Shown here: positions 1 to 7,927 of the stretch, piece after piece
How positions within the stretch are numbered: position 1 is the first letter of the stretch
Layout: each line of letters begins with the position of its first letter
IMG/VR virus record: IMGVR_UViG_3300027833_000001
Coordinates: 1 to 64,000 of that record
DNA from: a virus
Direction: 5' to 3' (one strand)
DNA length: 64,000 nucleotides
Made by a program: the position numbers and the translations under genes
Notes under the pieces: model-generated
The model's input: the letters and a program-made list of their open reading frames with translations, nothing else
The model's database searches: none
What the model was told of the DNA's origin: nothing

Positions 1-269
1 TCCCGTTCTATAAAGTTCTAGCAGGTTGGAGTGGTGGTTACTTGGATGGCTCCTCATGGAGAATGAATAGTGGTATTACTCTTGTGTTTGATCGTGAAGA
101 TGAATTTCATTTCCATGGTGAAAGCGGTTCACTCTACAGATGCCCTAAAGGAGCCTACGGACTTAAAATGAGTACTGCTGGTATCTATAAGGATTTGTGT
201 TCACAGCAACACTTTAAGGGCCAGATTATATTGATGCCAGAAGATACCGACTGGATGGAGTTGATATGA
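1..269 (+). CDS. Hypothetical phage protein, 5' end probably outside the window
   Basis: ORF track gives 42..269; the frame appears open back to the window edge; stop overlaps the next start (ATGA). Confidence 0.6.
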   Translation, partial: PFYKVLAGWSGGYLDGSSWRMNSGITLVFDREDEFHFHGESGSLYRCPKGAYGLKMSTAGIYKDLCSQQHFKGQIILMPEDTDWMELI

Positions 270-817
270 AAATTAAAATAGGCAAGTATCCAACACATAG
301 ATGGTATCACAACTTTCTATATGAAAAGTTTGGTATCGGTAATGAGCCTAAAGTATCTGTGCATATAGATGACTTTGATACCTGGAGTATGGATCATACG
401 TTAGCACATATCATTGAGCCGATGCTGAAGCAACTCAAACTTACCAAGCACGGTGCTCCTTACGTATATCCAGAAGATGTGCCAGCAAAGTTGCGCCCTA
501 CTAAGAAAGAACTAACAGCATACACTAAAAATGGTGATACTGATCCTAAGTTCTTTGAGCGTTGGGATTGGGTATTAGATGAAATGATTTTTGCCTTTGA
601 GAGCAAACATACAGACTGGGAAACCCAGTTTTCATCCGGTGAACATGACATTCAGTGGGTTAAACTAATTGAAGGTAAACTCAAAGGTCATAGTAAAATG
701 GTCAAAGGTCCTAACGACACATATGAGGTTGATTGGGAAGGGCGTACAGCATACCAAGAGCGTATCTCAAACGGCTTCAAATTGTTTGGCAAGTATTATG
801 AAAATCTTTGGGATTAG
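266..817 (+). CDS. Hypothetical phage protein
   Basis: 183 aa ORF with coupled start and phage-like composition; no recognised motif. Confidence 0.75.
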   Translation: MKIKIGKYPTHRWYHNFLYEKFGIGNEPKVSVHIDDFDTWSMDHTLAHIIEPMLKQLKLTKHGAPYVYPEDVPAKLRPTKKELTAYTKNGDTDPKFFERWDWVLDEMIFAFESKHTDWETQFSSGEHDIQWVKLIEGKLKGHSKMVKGPNDTYEVDWEGRTAYQERISNGFKLFGKYYENLWD

Positions 818-872
818 AGCAAGCGAGAGATTTCACGCATATATAGTATAACATTAGTAAAGGAAAATTGTA

Positions 873-1190
873 ATGCCAACATATAGTTTCAAGAATAAAG
901 AAACTGGTGAAGAATGGGAAGAGTTTATGTCCATATCTGCTAGTGAAGAATTGGTAGAAAATAGTAACGGAAATATACATAAACTCCCAACAACCATGGC
1001 AATTATTGGTGGTACGGGTGATTCTGTCAAACCAAAAGGAGACTTTAAAGAAGTTCTCTCACGTATCGCTGATCAAAATCCATACGCACCAATAGCGAAT
1101 GAGTATGGCAAGAAAGATCCAACTTCAGTCAAACTCAGAAATGTGGTAGACAATGTTAGAAAGAAAGTGGGTCCAGCAATTGATAGTTAA
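873..1190 (+). CDS. FmdB-like putative regulatory protein (T4-like phage family, Cys-less)
   Basis: N-terminus MPTYSFKNKETGEEWEEFMSIS is typical of this family; SD AAGGA. Confidence 0.6.
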   Translation: MPTYSFKNKETGEEWEEFMSISASEELVENSNGNIHKLPTTMAIIGGTGDSVKPKGDFKEVLSRIADQNPYAPIANEYGKKDPTSVKLRNVVDNVRKKVGPAIDS

Positions 1191-1416
1191 ATTCCTTAAA
1201 AAGATAGCTGATTGGATAGACCCTAGTTATTGGGCAGACAAAATTGGCGATAAAACTGGTGCGTATGACAAAGCGAATGATAGTTCTCTAGCAGAATGGT
1301 CAAGAAACCTTACCGGATGGAAATGGTGGGCTTGGCAATTACTTGGGGGTTTTATCGGATTGATAATTATAGAAATCTTATTAAACATGATAGGTATGAC
1401 AATTATACCATGGTAA
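1153..1416 (+). CDS. Small membrane protein (true start probably near 1180)
   Basis: C-terminal hydrophobic helix WWAWQLLGGFIGLIIIEILL. Confidence 0.6.
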   Translation: MLERKWVQQLIVKFLKKIADWIDPSYWADKIGDKTGAYDKANDSSLAEWSRNLTGWKWWAWQLLGGFIGLIIIEILLNMIGMTIIPW

Positions 1417-1445
1417 GAGTTTCGTAGAATAGGAAACACATAAAT

Positions 1446-1913
1446 ATGACTGAATATTATGATATCGAAAGTGACGTTGGTCCTAATTTGGAATTAAATG
1501 ACGCACTACCAGAAATGGCAAAAAAGTCTGAAGAAGAGCGTTATCAAGATGAAAGAGTTCGGGTGCTACAAGAAGCACTAAGAGTTGATTATATAGAGAA
1601 GTTTGATATATATGCTAAACTTATTGTTACTCAGCGAGAACTAGCAGAGACTACAATACATAGAGACAAACTTCAAAATGTTAAAAACCTTTTGGATTTG
1701 AACAACAAAGCCCTCACAAAAGAAATTGTTGAATTGAAAGGTATAGCCAGAGACTTGAAAGCAAAAAAAGAAAAATTGCAACAAGCGGCTAAGAAGAAAA
1801 AAGAGTCTTTTGCACCCTCCGAATCTTATGTAGAAGAGGAAGTAGAAGTACAGAAACCCAAACGCGCCGTTGTAAAACGGACAAGAGCGAAGAAAGCAAA
1901 AGAAGAAGAATGA
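1446..1913 (+). CDS. Coiled-coil hypothetical protein with basic tail
   Basis: 155 aa, heptad-rich core, SD AGGA. Confidence 0.7.
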   Translation: MTEYYDIESDVGPNLELNDALPEMAKKSEEERYQDERVRVLQEALRVDYIEKFDIYAKLIVTQRELAETTIHRDKLQNVKNLLDLNNKALTKEIVELKGIARDLKAKKEKLQQAAKKKKESFAPSESYVEEEVEVQKPKRAVVKRTRAKKAKEEE

Positions 1914-3163
1914 AAAGATTTTCAACATTTCTAACCGAAGACGCAAATGGCAAAAACTTGCATTTGGAGCATCTCGAGGACGAAATTATTAATTCTGGAA
2001 TTGGCGGTGCTAGAGGCGCAGTCAACTTTCTTCGGTCATTAAGAGATATGATGGCTGGCAACTCACGTAGTTCCATTAACATGACTGTTAAATGGGATGG
2101 AGCTCCAGCTATTTTCGCGGGTATAGATCCTGCAGACGGTAAATTCTTTGTAGCTAAAAAGAGCGTGTTCAATAAGACACCTTTACTGTATAAGACTGCA
2201 AAAGAAATAGATTCCGATGCAAGATTACCCGCATCACTAAAACCCAAATTCAAGATTGCTCTCACAGAATTTAGTAAATTGGGTATCAAGAACGTCCTAC
2301 AGGGTGACTTGATGTATACGTCTGCCGATTTAGAAACGGACAAAATAGACGGTCAAACATATACAACATTTCAGCCCAACACAATCGTTTACGCAATTCC
2401 TAAAGGTTCATTTTTAGAGAGAAAGATGAAAGCCGCTAAGATCGGTGTAGTTTGGCACACTACATATACAGGAACGTCACTAGAAAACATGAAAGCATCA
2501 TTCGGTGCAGATACGAAGAGTCTTAGAAAACCTACGTCTATCTGGATGGATGATGCCACTTACAAAGATGAAAGTGGAACAGCCACATTTACTAAAGCAG
2601 AGACAGATCAAGTAACAGCTAAATTGTCTGAAGTTGGAAAAGCATTTGCCAAAATATCTTCTGCGGAATTAACAAAATTTTTAAGAATACAAGCATCAAT
2701 GGAAGGTAAATTTGTTGGCGCTAGTATAAAAACATATACAAATTCTAAAGTAAGAGTCGGTCAAGAAATTACTAATCCTAGTGAACACGCAAAAGGTTAC
2801 CTTACCTGGGTTGAAGAAAAATTCGACAAAGAAGCGGGAAAGGTTAAAACTGATAAAACGAAGAAAGCGATTGAGGACAAGAAGACAGCGACCCTCCGCG
2901 ATCTACGTAAGCTAACAGGCTTACTTGTAAACGTCATCATCTTCCAGAACTTACTAATATCTGCGAAGATGATGATAGTTTCCAAACTTAATAAGATAAA
3001 ACAATTAACTAACACATTTGTCAGAACTCCTAATGGATTTAAAGTAGTGAATCCTGAAGGATATGTTGCTATCGACAGAACATCTGGTCGGGCAGTAAAG
3101 CTAGTTGACCGAATGGAGTTTAGTTACAACAACTTCACCGCAATCAAGGCTTGGGACAGATAG
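1910..3163 (+). CDS. RNA-ligase-like covalent nucleotidyltransferase (DUF6267-like), probably head-packaged
   Basis: Ligase-superfamily-like motifs TVKWDG (K61), LQGD, PEGYV and AVKLV; N-terminus MKRFSTFLTE resembles the T4 capsid-targeting sequence. Confidence 0.6.
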   Translation: MKRFSTFLTEDANGKNLHLEHLEDEIINSGIGGARGAVNFLRSLRDMMAGNSRSSINMTVKWDGAPAIFAGIDPADGKFFVAKKSVFNKTPLLYKTAKEIDSDARLPASLKPKFKIALTEFSKLGIKNVLQGDLMYTSADLETDKIDGQTYTTFQPNTIVYAIPKGSFLERKMKAAKIGVVWHTTYTGTSLENMKASFGADTKSLRKPTSIWMDDATYKDESGTATFTKAETDQVTAKLSEVGKAFAKISSAELTKFLRIQASMEGKFVGASIKTYTNSKVRVGQEITNPSEHAKGYLTWVEEKFDKEAGKVKTDKTKKAIEDKKTATLRDLRKLTGLLVNVIIFQNLLISAKMMIVSKLNKIKQLTNTFVRTPNGFKVVNPEGYVAIDRTSGRAVKLVDRMEFSYNNFTAIKAWDR

Positions 3164-3176
3164 TTTATTTTTGTCT

Positions 3177-3184
3177 TATAAATA
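3177..3184 (+). promoter_or_regulatory. T4-type late promoter TATAAATA
   Basis: Exact gp55 consensus in the intergenic gap before 3221. Confidence 0.85.
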
Positions 3185-3220
3185 GTATATAGAATACTAA
3201 TTAGTAAGAGAATTTAAACC

Positions 3221-3856
3221 ATGAACCTTAGAACAATACACGAAGAACGAGAAAAGCGAATAGTTTTTGCTTTTGGTCGACTAAACCCTCCAACTGCTGG
3301 TCATAGCAAGTTAGTCGATAAAGTGAAGAGTGAAGCCCAGAAACGTAGGGCAGATCACAGAGTAATAGTGAGTCATTCTCAAGACAAGCATAAAAATCCT
3401 CTTACAGCACAAGATAAAATTACATACCTAAAAAGTATTCATCCTGGCACGAAATTCCAAGCCTCCTCTAAAGCACAACCACACTTTATTGCACATCTAA
3501 CAAAGATGAATAAAGAAGGATTTACCCATGTGGTAATGATAGCAGGTTCAGATAGAGTACAAGAGTTTCAAAAAATAGCAGATAAATACAATGGTAAAGA
3601 CTACAACTTTAAAGAGATAGCAATAGTATCTGCTGGCGAAAGAGACCCAGACGCTGAAGGTGTGACTGGAATTAGTGGTACTAAGATGAGATCATTTGTC
3701 AGTAACAATGATTTTACATCATTCAAGAAAGGACTGAATCAACGAGCATCACAAGCAAGTGCAAAGAAGCTATTTGATGCGGTACGTAAAGGTATGCAAC
3801 TCAAAGAGGGTGAAAGTCGCCCCTCTTTTTCAAATTTTTTAAGGGAAAGTAAATGA
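3221..3856 (+). CDS. HxGH-superfamily nucleotidyltransferase (phage cytidyltransferase / PPAT / NMNAT-like)
   Basis: FGRLNPPTAGH, KNPL, IAGSDR and ISGTKMR motifs. Confidence 0.8.
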   Translation: MNLRTIHEEREKRIVFAFGRLNPPTAGHSKLVDKVKSEAQKRRADHRVIVSHSQDKHKNPLTAQDKITYLKSIHPGTKFQASSKAQPHFIAHLTKMNKEGFTHVVMIAGSDRVQEFQKIADKYNGKDYNFKEIAIVSAGERDPDAEGVTGISGTKMRSFVSNNDFTSFKKGLNQRASQASAKKLFDAVRKGMQLKEGESRPSFSNFLRESK

Positions 3857-4296
3857 ACAGAGAAGCAGTTTTTGAGCAACTAAAAATCGATGAGGGAGTT
3901 GTGTATGAAATTTATAAAGACCATTTGGGCTACCCAACTTTCGGAGTTGGACACTTGGTCCTCGAGTCTGATCCAGAATTTGGACAAGCAGATGGCACAC
4001 CAGTCTCAGAAGAACGAGTTAGAGAATGCTTTGAACGTGACCTTGACACATCAATCTCAGAGTGTGTTGCACTATATAAAGCACAATTTAATACATGGCC
4101 GGGGACAGTACAGGAAGTCCTAGTAAACATGATGTTCAATATGGGCAGAACACGCCTAGGTAAGTTTCAGAACTTCCGTAAAGCACTAGAAGAGTGTGAT
4201 TGGAAACAAGCTGGCATCGAAGGTAGAGATTCTAGATGGCACGATCAAGTTACAAATCGTGCGGAAAGGTTAATGATAAAATTGGAAGAAACATGA
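3853..4296 (+). CDS. T4-type lysozyme (GH24)
   Basis: Catalytic E-x8-D-x5-T in IDEGVVYEIYKDHLGYPTFGVGH; NMMFNMG; SRWHDQVTNRAERL. Confidence 0.9.
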   Translation: MNREAVFEQLKIDEGVVYEIYKDHLGYPTFGVGHLVLESDPEFGQADGTPVSEERVRECFERDLDTSISECVALYKAQFNTWPGTVQEVLVNMMFNMGRTRLGKFQNFRKALEECDWKQAGIEGRDSRWHDQVTNRAERLMIKLEET

Positions 4297-4297
4297 G

Positions 4298-4756
4298 ATG
4301 AATTCTTGTGTTGTGGTAATAGACGCATGGAAGTATTGCTCACAAGAAGACTTAAACAAATTTCCGTGGTTATTAAAAGAAAATAAATTATTTGGATCAT
4401 TTTTAGACCTACAATTATCCAACATAAAACAAAAATATAATTATGATGTTATACACCAATGTGGAGGTCATCGACCAGAGCAAGTAATGGAAGAAATACA
4501 AACTAAAGACTTGGTTATAGAGGATTTAAGAGAAATACCTACATATGACTACTATTATTTTTGCGGATTTCATTTAGGCAGATGTTTAAACCAGTCTGTT
4601 AGAGTTTTGAATAAATCTAACTGTGGTATTGTATACAATTTAAGCCTGATATTTCCAGAAGACACATATGGTCACGTTATTGGTAAAAACTTTTCCAATA
4701 ATTATATGTATAGCTATAGCAAAGGTTTTGAAAAAATAACAATGGAGGAAGCATGA
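4298..4756 (+). CDS. Hypothetical protein, possible cysteine-hydrolase (isochorismatase-like) fold
   Basis: VVVIDAW near the N-terminus and FCGFHLGRC resemble the Asp and Cys catalytic motifs. Confidence 0.4.
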   Translation: MNSCVVVIDAWKYCSQEDLNKFPWLLKENKLFGSFLDLQLSNIKQKYNYDVIHQCGGHRPEQVMEEIQTKDLVIEDLREIPTYDYYYFCGFHLGRCLNQSVRVLNKSNCGIVYNLSLIFPEDTYGHVIGKNFSNNYMYSYSKGFEKITMEEA

Positions 4757-5118
4757 AACACGGATTATTAATAATAGCAACTTTACTTACACTGTCTGGT
4801 TGCGCCAACTTATTCTCAGATAGATTTGACAACGTAGAGTATGGTATGCTAGTACAACTTAATGTTGACTCAATTACTCAACGAACTGATTGTCCAATCA
4901 AACTGGATACATACAAGAAATCACTAGCACTCAAGATATACTCTGAAGGTACAATGAACGATACCAGTAAAGATATATACAATGAGATACATGGGTTAGT
5001 AGATGAATTCTACACAAGAGAAAACCCGTCTCCTGTATATTGCGGACTTAAATGGGATAACATACAAGACGCAACTACAAGAGCAATTGAACTTACAGGA
5101 TCACGCATTAAAAAATAA
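4753..5118 (+). CDS. Predicted lipoprotein
   Basis: Signal peptide ending in lipobox LSGC. Confidence 0.75.
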   Translation: MKHGLLIIATLLTLSGCANLFSDRFDNVEYGMLVQLNVDSITQRTDCPIKLDTYKKSLALKIYSEGTMNDTSKDIYNEIHGLVDEFYTRENPSPVYCGLKWDNIQDATTRAIELTGSRIKK

Positions 5119-5127
5119 CTTGGAGAC

Positions 5128-5355
5128 ATGACAATGCAAGAAGCAGAACACGAATTATTTGAGGAATACTCTCTCAAAATTACCCAATTACAAGAGTACC
5201 TGAGTACGAATGCTATTACCCGTAGCGAATATGATGAACTAGTAAACGATTTCTCTGATGTTGAAGCAATACGTGACAGCATCAAAGATGAGAAGTTGAA
5301 AATTCACGCAGAGAATTTAGTCTCAGCACTTACCAAGGTATTAGCTTTAGTCTAA
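5128..5355 (+). CDS. Small acidic helical hypothetical protein
   Basis: 75 aa ORF with SD GGAG. Confidence 0.65.
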   Translation: MTMQEAEHELFEEYSLKITQLQEYLSTNAITRSEYDELVNDFSDVEAIRDSIKDEKLKIHAENLVSALTKVLALV

Positions 5356-5356
5356 G

Positions 5357-5364
5357 TATAAATA
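5357..5364 (+). promoter_or_regulatory. T4-type late promoter TATAAATA
   Basis: Exact consensus 5 nt before the ATG at 5370. Confidence 0.85.
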
Positions 5365-5369
5365 GTCTT

Positions 5370-7196
5370 ATGAACAAAACATTCGTAGATTTTCTTGACC
5401 CGCGACCACTTGAAGAGGGTATAAATGACCCTGGAATTTTCAAGGCAGTTTTCCTTGCTGGAGGACCTGGCAGTGGTAAATCTTTTATTGTGGGACAAAC
5501 ATCCCTTCAGTCGTTTGGGCTAAAATTAATTAATAGCGATGACGCATTTGAAAGAGCATTAGCCAAAGTTGGGCTAGAAGCAACACCAGAAAACATTTAT
5601 TCTAGTAAAGGTCAGTCCATACGAGACAGAGCCAAGCTCCTCACTAAGATGAGACAAGAGCAATGGATTGATAGTAGGCTTGGTCTAGTAATTGATGGTA
5701 CTGGTAAAGACTTCACAAAAATTAATAACCAAGTAAATAAACTCAGATCAATTGGTTACGATGTTGCGATGATATTTGTCAACACTGACCTAGAAACAGC
5801 AAAAACAAGAAACCAATCAAGAGCCAGAACTCTTCCAGATAACGTAGTATCAGATATGTGGAATGATGTTCAGAAAAACATCGGTAAATTCCAAAACTTG
5901 TTTGGTAGATATATGTATATTGTCGATAACTCAGATGGTGCAAACTATCAGGGTGCTACCATGTCAATCTACAGAAGAATTGGTGCATGGACAAGAGAGC
6001 CAGTTGCAAATCATAGAGCGAGAGCCTGGGTAAGAAGCCAGAAAAAATTACGCGGAATCAAAGAAGAAGACATAGGCAGAACTCGCACAACGATGCGAAA
6101 TCGTCTTGGTAAGTCTTCAATGCAACTGAAAGCAGAAAAGCGCAGAGCAAAACTTACTATTAAAAACCCAAAGGCTCCTAAAGAACTGGGTAAATTAGAA
6201 GAAGCAGAACTTGATGAAGCACCGAGATGGATGCTTGATCCTCTAGCCAAGACAGTGTATAGACACCAGTATGCAGTAGCCGCAAAACTATTAAAACAGA
6301 TATACGATAAAAAGAAAAAAGAAGGTGGCGGCAGGACCAGACATGGTATTGAGTGGTATGCCCATAGTGTAGCTGGACAAATTTCAAACCGAGTTGATGC
6401 AAGAACTTTGGCTAATATGGTCAAAGAATCTTATAACGCAGATGTGCATCAATGGGGAACACCAGAAGGCACTCAGTTATATAAAGATATGACTCCTGGT
6501 CAAGGCGATGATGTATATAAAAAGAGCAACGCCGATGACGCAGTAACAGATGCTCCCAATGCATTCGTTTTCTCAGAAGTAGAAATACTTCAGATGGAAG
6601 ATGAAATTGGTATGATGAGTTTCGAAGATATGGTCGATCTTGGAATGTATGACGAAGATGAGTTGCTTGATTTCCAAGACATTGAAAACATTCCAGATGA
6701 TGGTGAATTGGATGATCTAGATTTAGACGAAGAAACACTTGATGAAGTATTATCTGTACAAGGTAGAATGAAGCGCAGATTTGCGGCTAGAAGAAACAGA
6801 CAGAAACTTAAAGTTGCTAGAATGAGAGCATCTAGAAGAGCCGCTGATCCAGCTAGAATCAAGAAGAGAGCGCAACGTGGTGCAAGAAACATAATCAAGC
6901 AGAGATTTGCTAGAGGTCGAGATGTAAGTAAAATGCCTCCACAAGAGAAAGCACGTATCGAAGGCATGGCAAAGAAGATGGCGCCACTCGTATCTCGTTT
7001 GGCTATTCGTATGATGCCACTCGTAAGAAAGAATGAATTACAAAGAATCAAATCTGGCGGTGGTGGAAAGAAGCAAGCCGCAAAGAAATTTAAAGTAACT
7101 AAAGGCGGTTCTGCTAGTAAGTATACTGCAAAGAAATTTAAAGTCAAAGCACCTAAAAAAGCCAAGAAAGCTAAAGCTCCAGCCAAAAAGAAGTAG
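5370..7196 (+). CDS. P-loop kinase (zeta-toxin/AAA_33/PNK-like) with long acidic and basic extensions, probably head-packaged
   Basis: FLAGGPGSGKS Walker A, INSDD, GLVIDGTG and RNQSRAR lid; N-terminus MNKTFVDFL..LEE; many (L/I/V)xE sites. Confidence 0.75.
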   Translation: MNKTFVDFLDPRPLEEGINDPGIFKAVFLAGGPGSGKSFIVGQTSLQSFGLKLINSDDAFERALAKVGLEATPENIYSSKGQSIRDRAKLLTKMRQEQWIDSRLGLVIDGTGKDFTKINNQVNKLRSIGYDVAMIFVNTDLETAKTRNQSRARTLPDNVVSDMWNDVQKNIGKFQNLFGRYMYIVDNSDGANYQGATMSIYRRIGAWTREPVANHRARAWVRSQKKLRGIKEEDIGRTRTTMRNRLGKSSMQLKAEKRRAKLTIKNPKAPKELGKLEEAELDEAPRWMLDPLAKTVYRHQYAVAAKLLKQIYDKKKKEGGGRTRHGIEWYAHSVAGQISNRVDARTLANMVKESYNADVHQWGTPEGTQLYKDMTPGQGDDVYKKSNADDAVTDAPNAFVFSEVEILQMEDEIGMMSFEDMVDLGMYDEDELLDFQDIENIPDDGELDDLDLDEETLDEVLSVQGRMKRRFAARRNRQKLKVARMRASRRAADPARIKKRAQRGARNIIKQRFARGRDVSKMPPQEKARIEGMAKKMAPLVSRLAIRMMPLVRKNELQRIKSGGGGKKQAAKKFKVTKGGSASKYTAKKFKVKAPKKAKKAKAPAKKK

Positions 7197-7203
7197 GATA
7201 AAA

Positions 7204-7683
7204 ATGATAACATTTTCAGAAGGTAATAAAAAAGGTTTGTGGGATAACATCCACGCAAAGAGAAAAAGAATTAAAGGCGGATCTGGCGAGAAGATGCGTA
7301 AGCCAGGAAGTGAGGGAGCACCATCTAAATCTGATTTAGAGAACTCTCGGACTGAAGAAGTTTGTTGCAGTGAATGCGAAGCAATGAACGAAGATTTAAT
7401 ATCAGAAGATATTGTAATTATGGAAGAAGGCGAGAAAAAGAAAGTTGCGCTAAATAAAGTTCAACGTGGTGGTTCAAAGAAATTTTACGTGTATGTCAAA
7501 AACGACAAAGGCAATGTAGTTAAAGTTTCATTTGGTGATCCAAACATGGAAATTAAACGAGATGACCCAAAAGCAAGAGCAAGTTTCAGAGCCAGACATG
7601 ACTGTGCAAACAAAAAAGACAGAACTAAAGCAGGATACTGGAGTTGTAGACAGTGGCGTGGTGGTGCGAAAGTCGAGGATTAA
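7204..7683 (+). CDS. Conserved T4-like phage protein (DUF6321-like C-terminal domain)
   Basis: KKFYVYVKN..KVSFGDP..SFRARHDC..AGYWSC recognised from T4-like marine phages. Confidence 0.6.
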   Translation: MITFSEGNKKGLWDNIHAKRKRIKGGSGEKMRKPGSEGAPSKSDLENSRTEEVCCSECEAMNEDLISEDIVIMEEGEKKKVALNKVQRGGSKKFYVYVKNDKGNVVKVSFGDPNMEIKRDDPKARASFRARHDCANKKDRTKAGYWSCRQWRGGAKVED

Positions 7684-7918
7684 AGAATGGTGGCTCAGAT
7701 TCTGGTTAGAAGAATATGAGTTGACTATTTTCTTTCCTGGCAAGACAACCATAATGCCCGATGGTGCAAGAATTACAGAGGGCGCACCTAAAACATGGCG
7801 CGTAGCTAAGATTAAAAAGCTATCTCCTAAAAATATTGTGTTCATAGATACCGACAAGAGAAAACATGAAATAAAGACGGTTGAACCAGTAGGATATAAT
7901 CTTACTAAAATATATTAG
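7658..7918 (+). CDS. Hypothetical protein (start uncertain; ORF open from 7532)
   Basis: Fills the gap to 7928; GTG starts overlap the end of the previous gene. Confidence 0.55.
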   Translation: MVVRKSRIKEWWLRFWLEEYELTIFFPGKTTIMPDGARITEGAPKTWRVAKIKKLSPKNIVFIDTDKRKHEIKTVEPVGYNLTKIY

Positions 7919-7927
7919 AGTTACATT

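Noticed and set aside
1439-1446. CATAAATA as a late promoter for the 1446 gene
   Set aside because: It overlaps the start codon, so it cannot produce an mRNA containing that ATG; it could at most serve 1910.
3853-5355. Complete lysis cassette (endolysin plus spanins)
   Set aside because: Lysozyme and a lipoprotein are present, but there is no adjacent TM coiled-coil i-spanin or holin.
6590-7258. Long minus-strand ORFs opposite real genes (also 1789-2343, 21513-22013, 25193-25645)
   Set aside because: Antisense shadows without SD, promoter or motifs.
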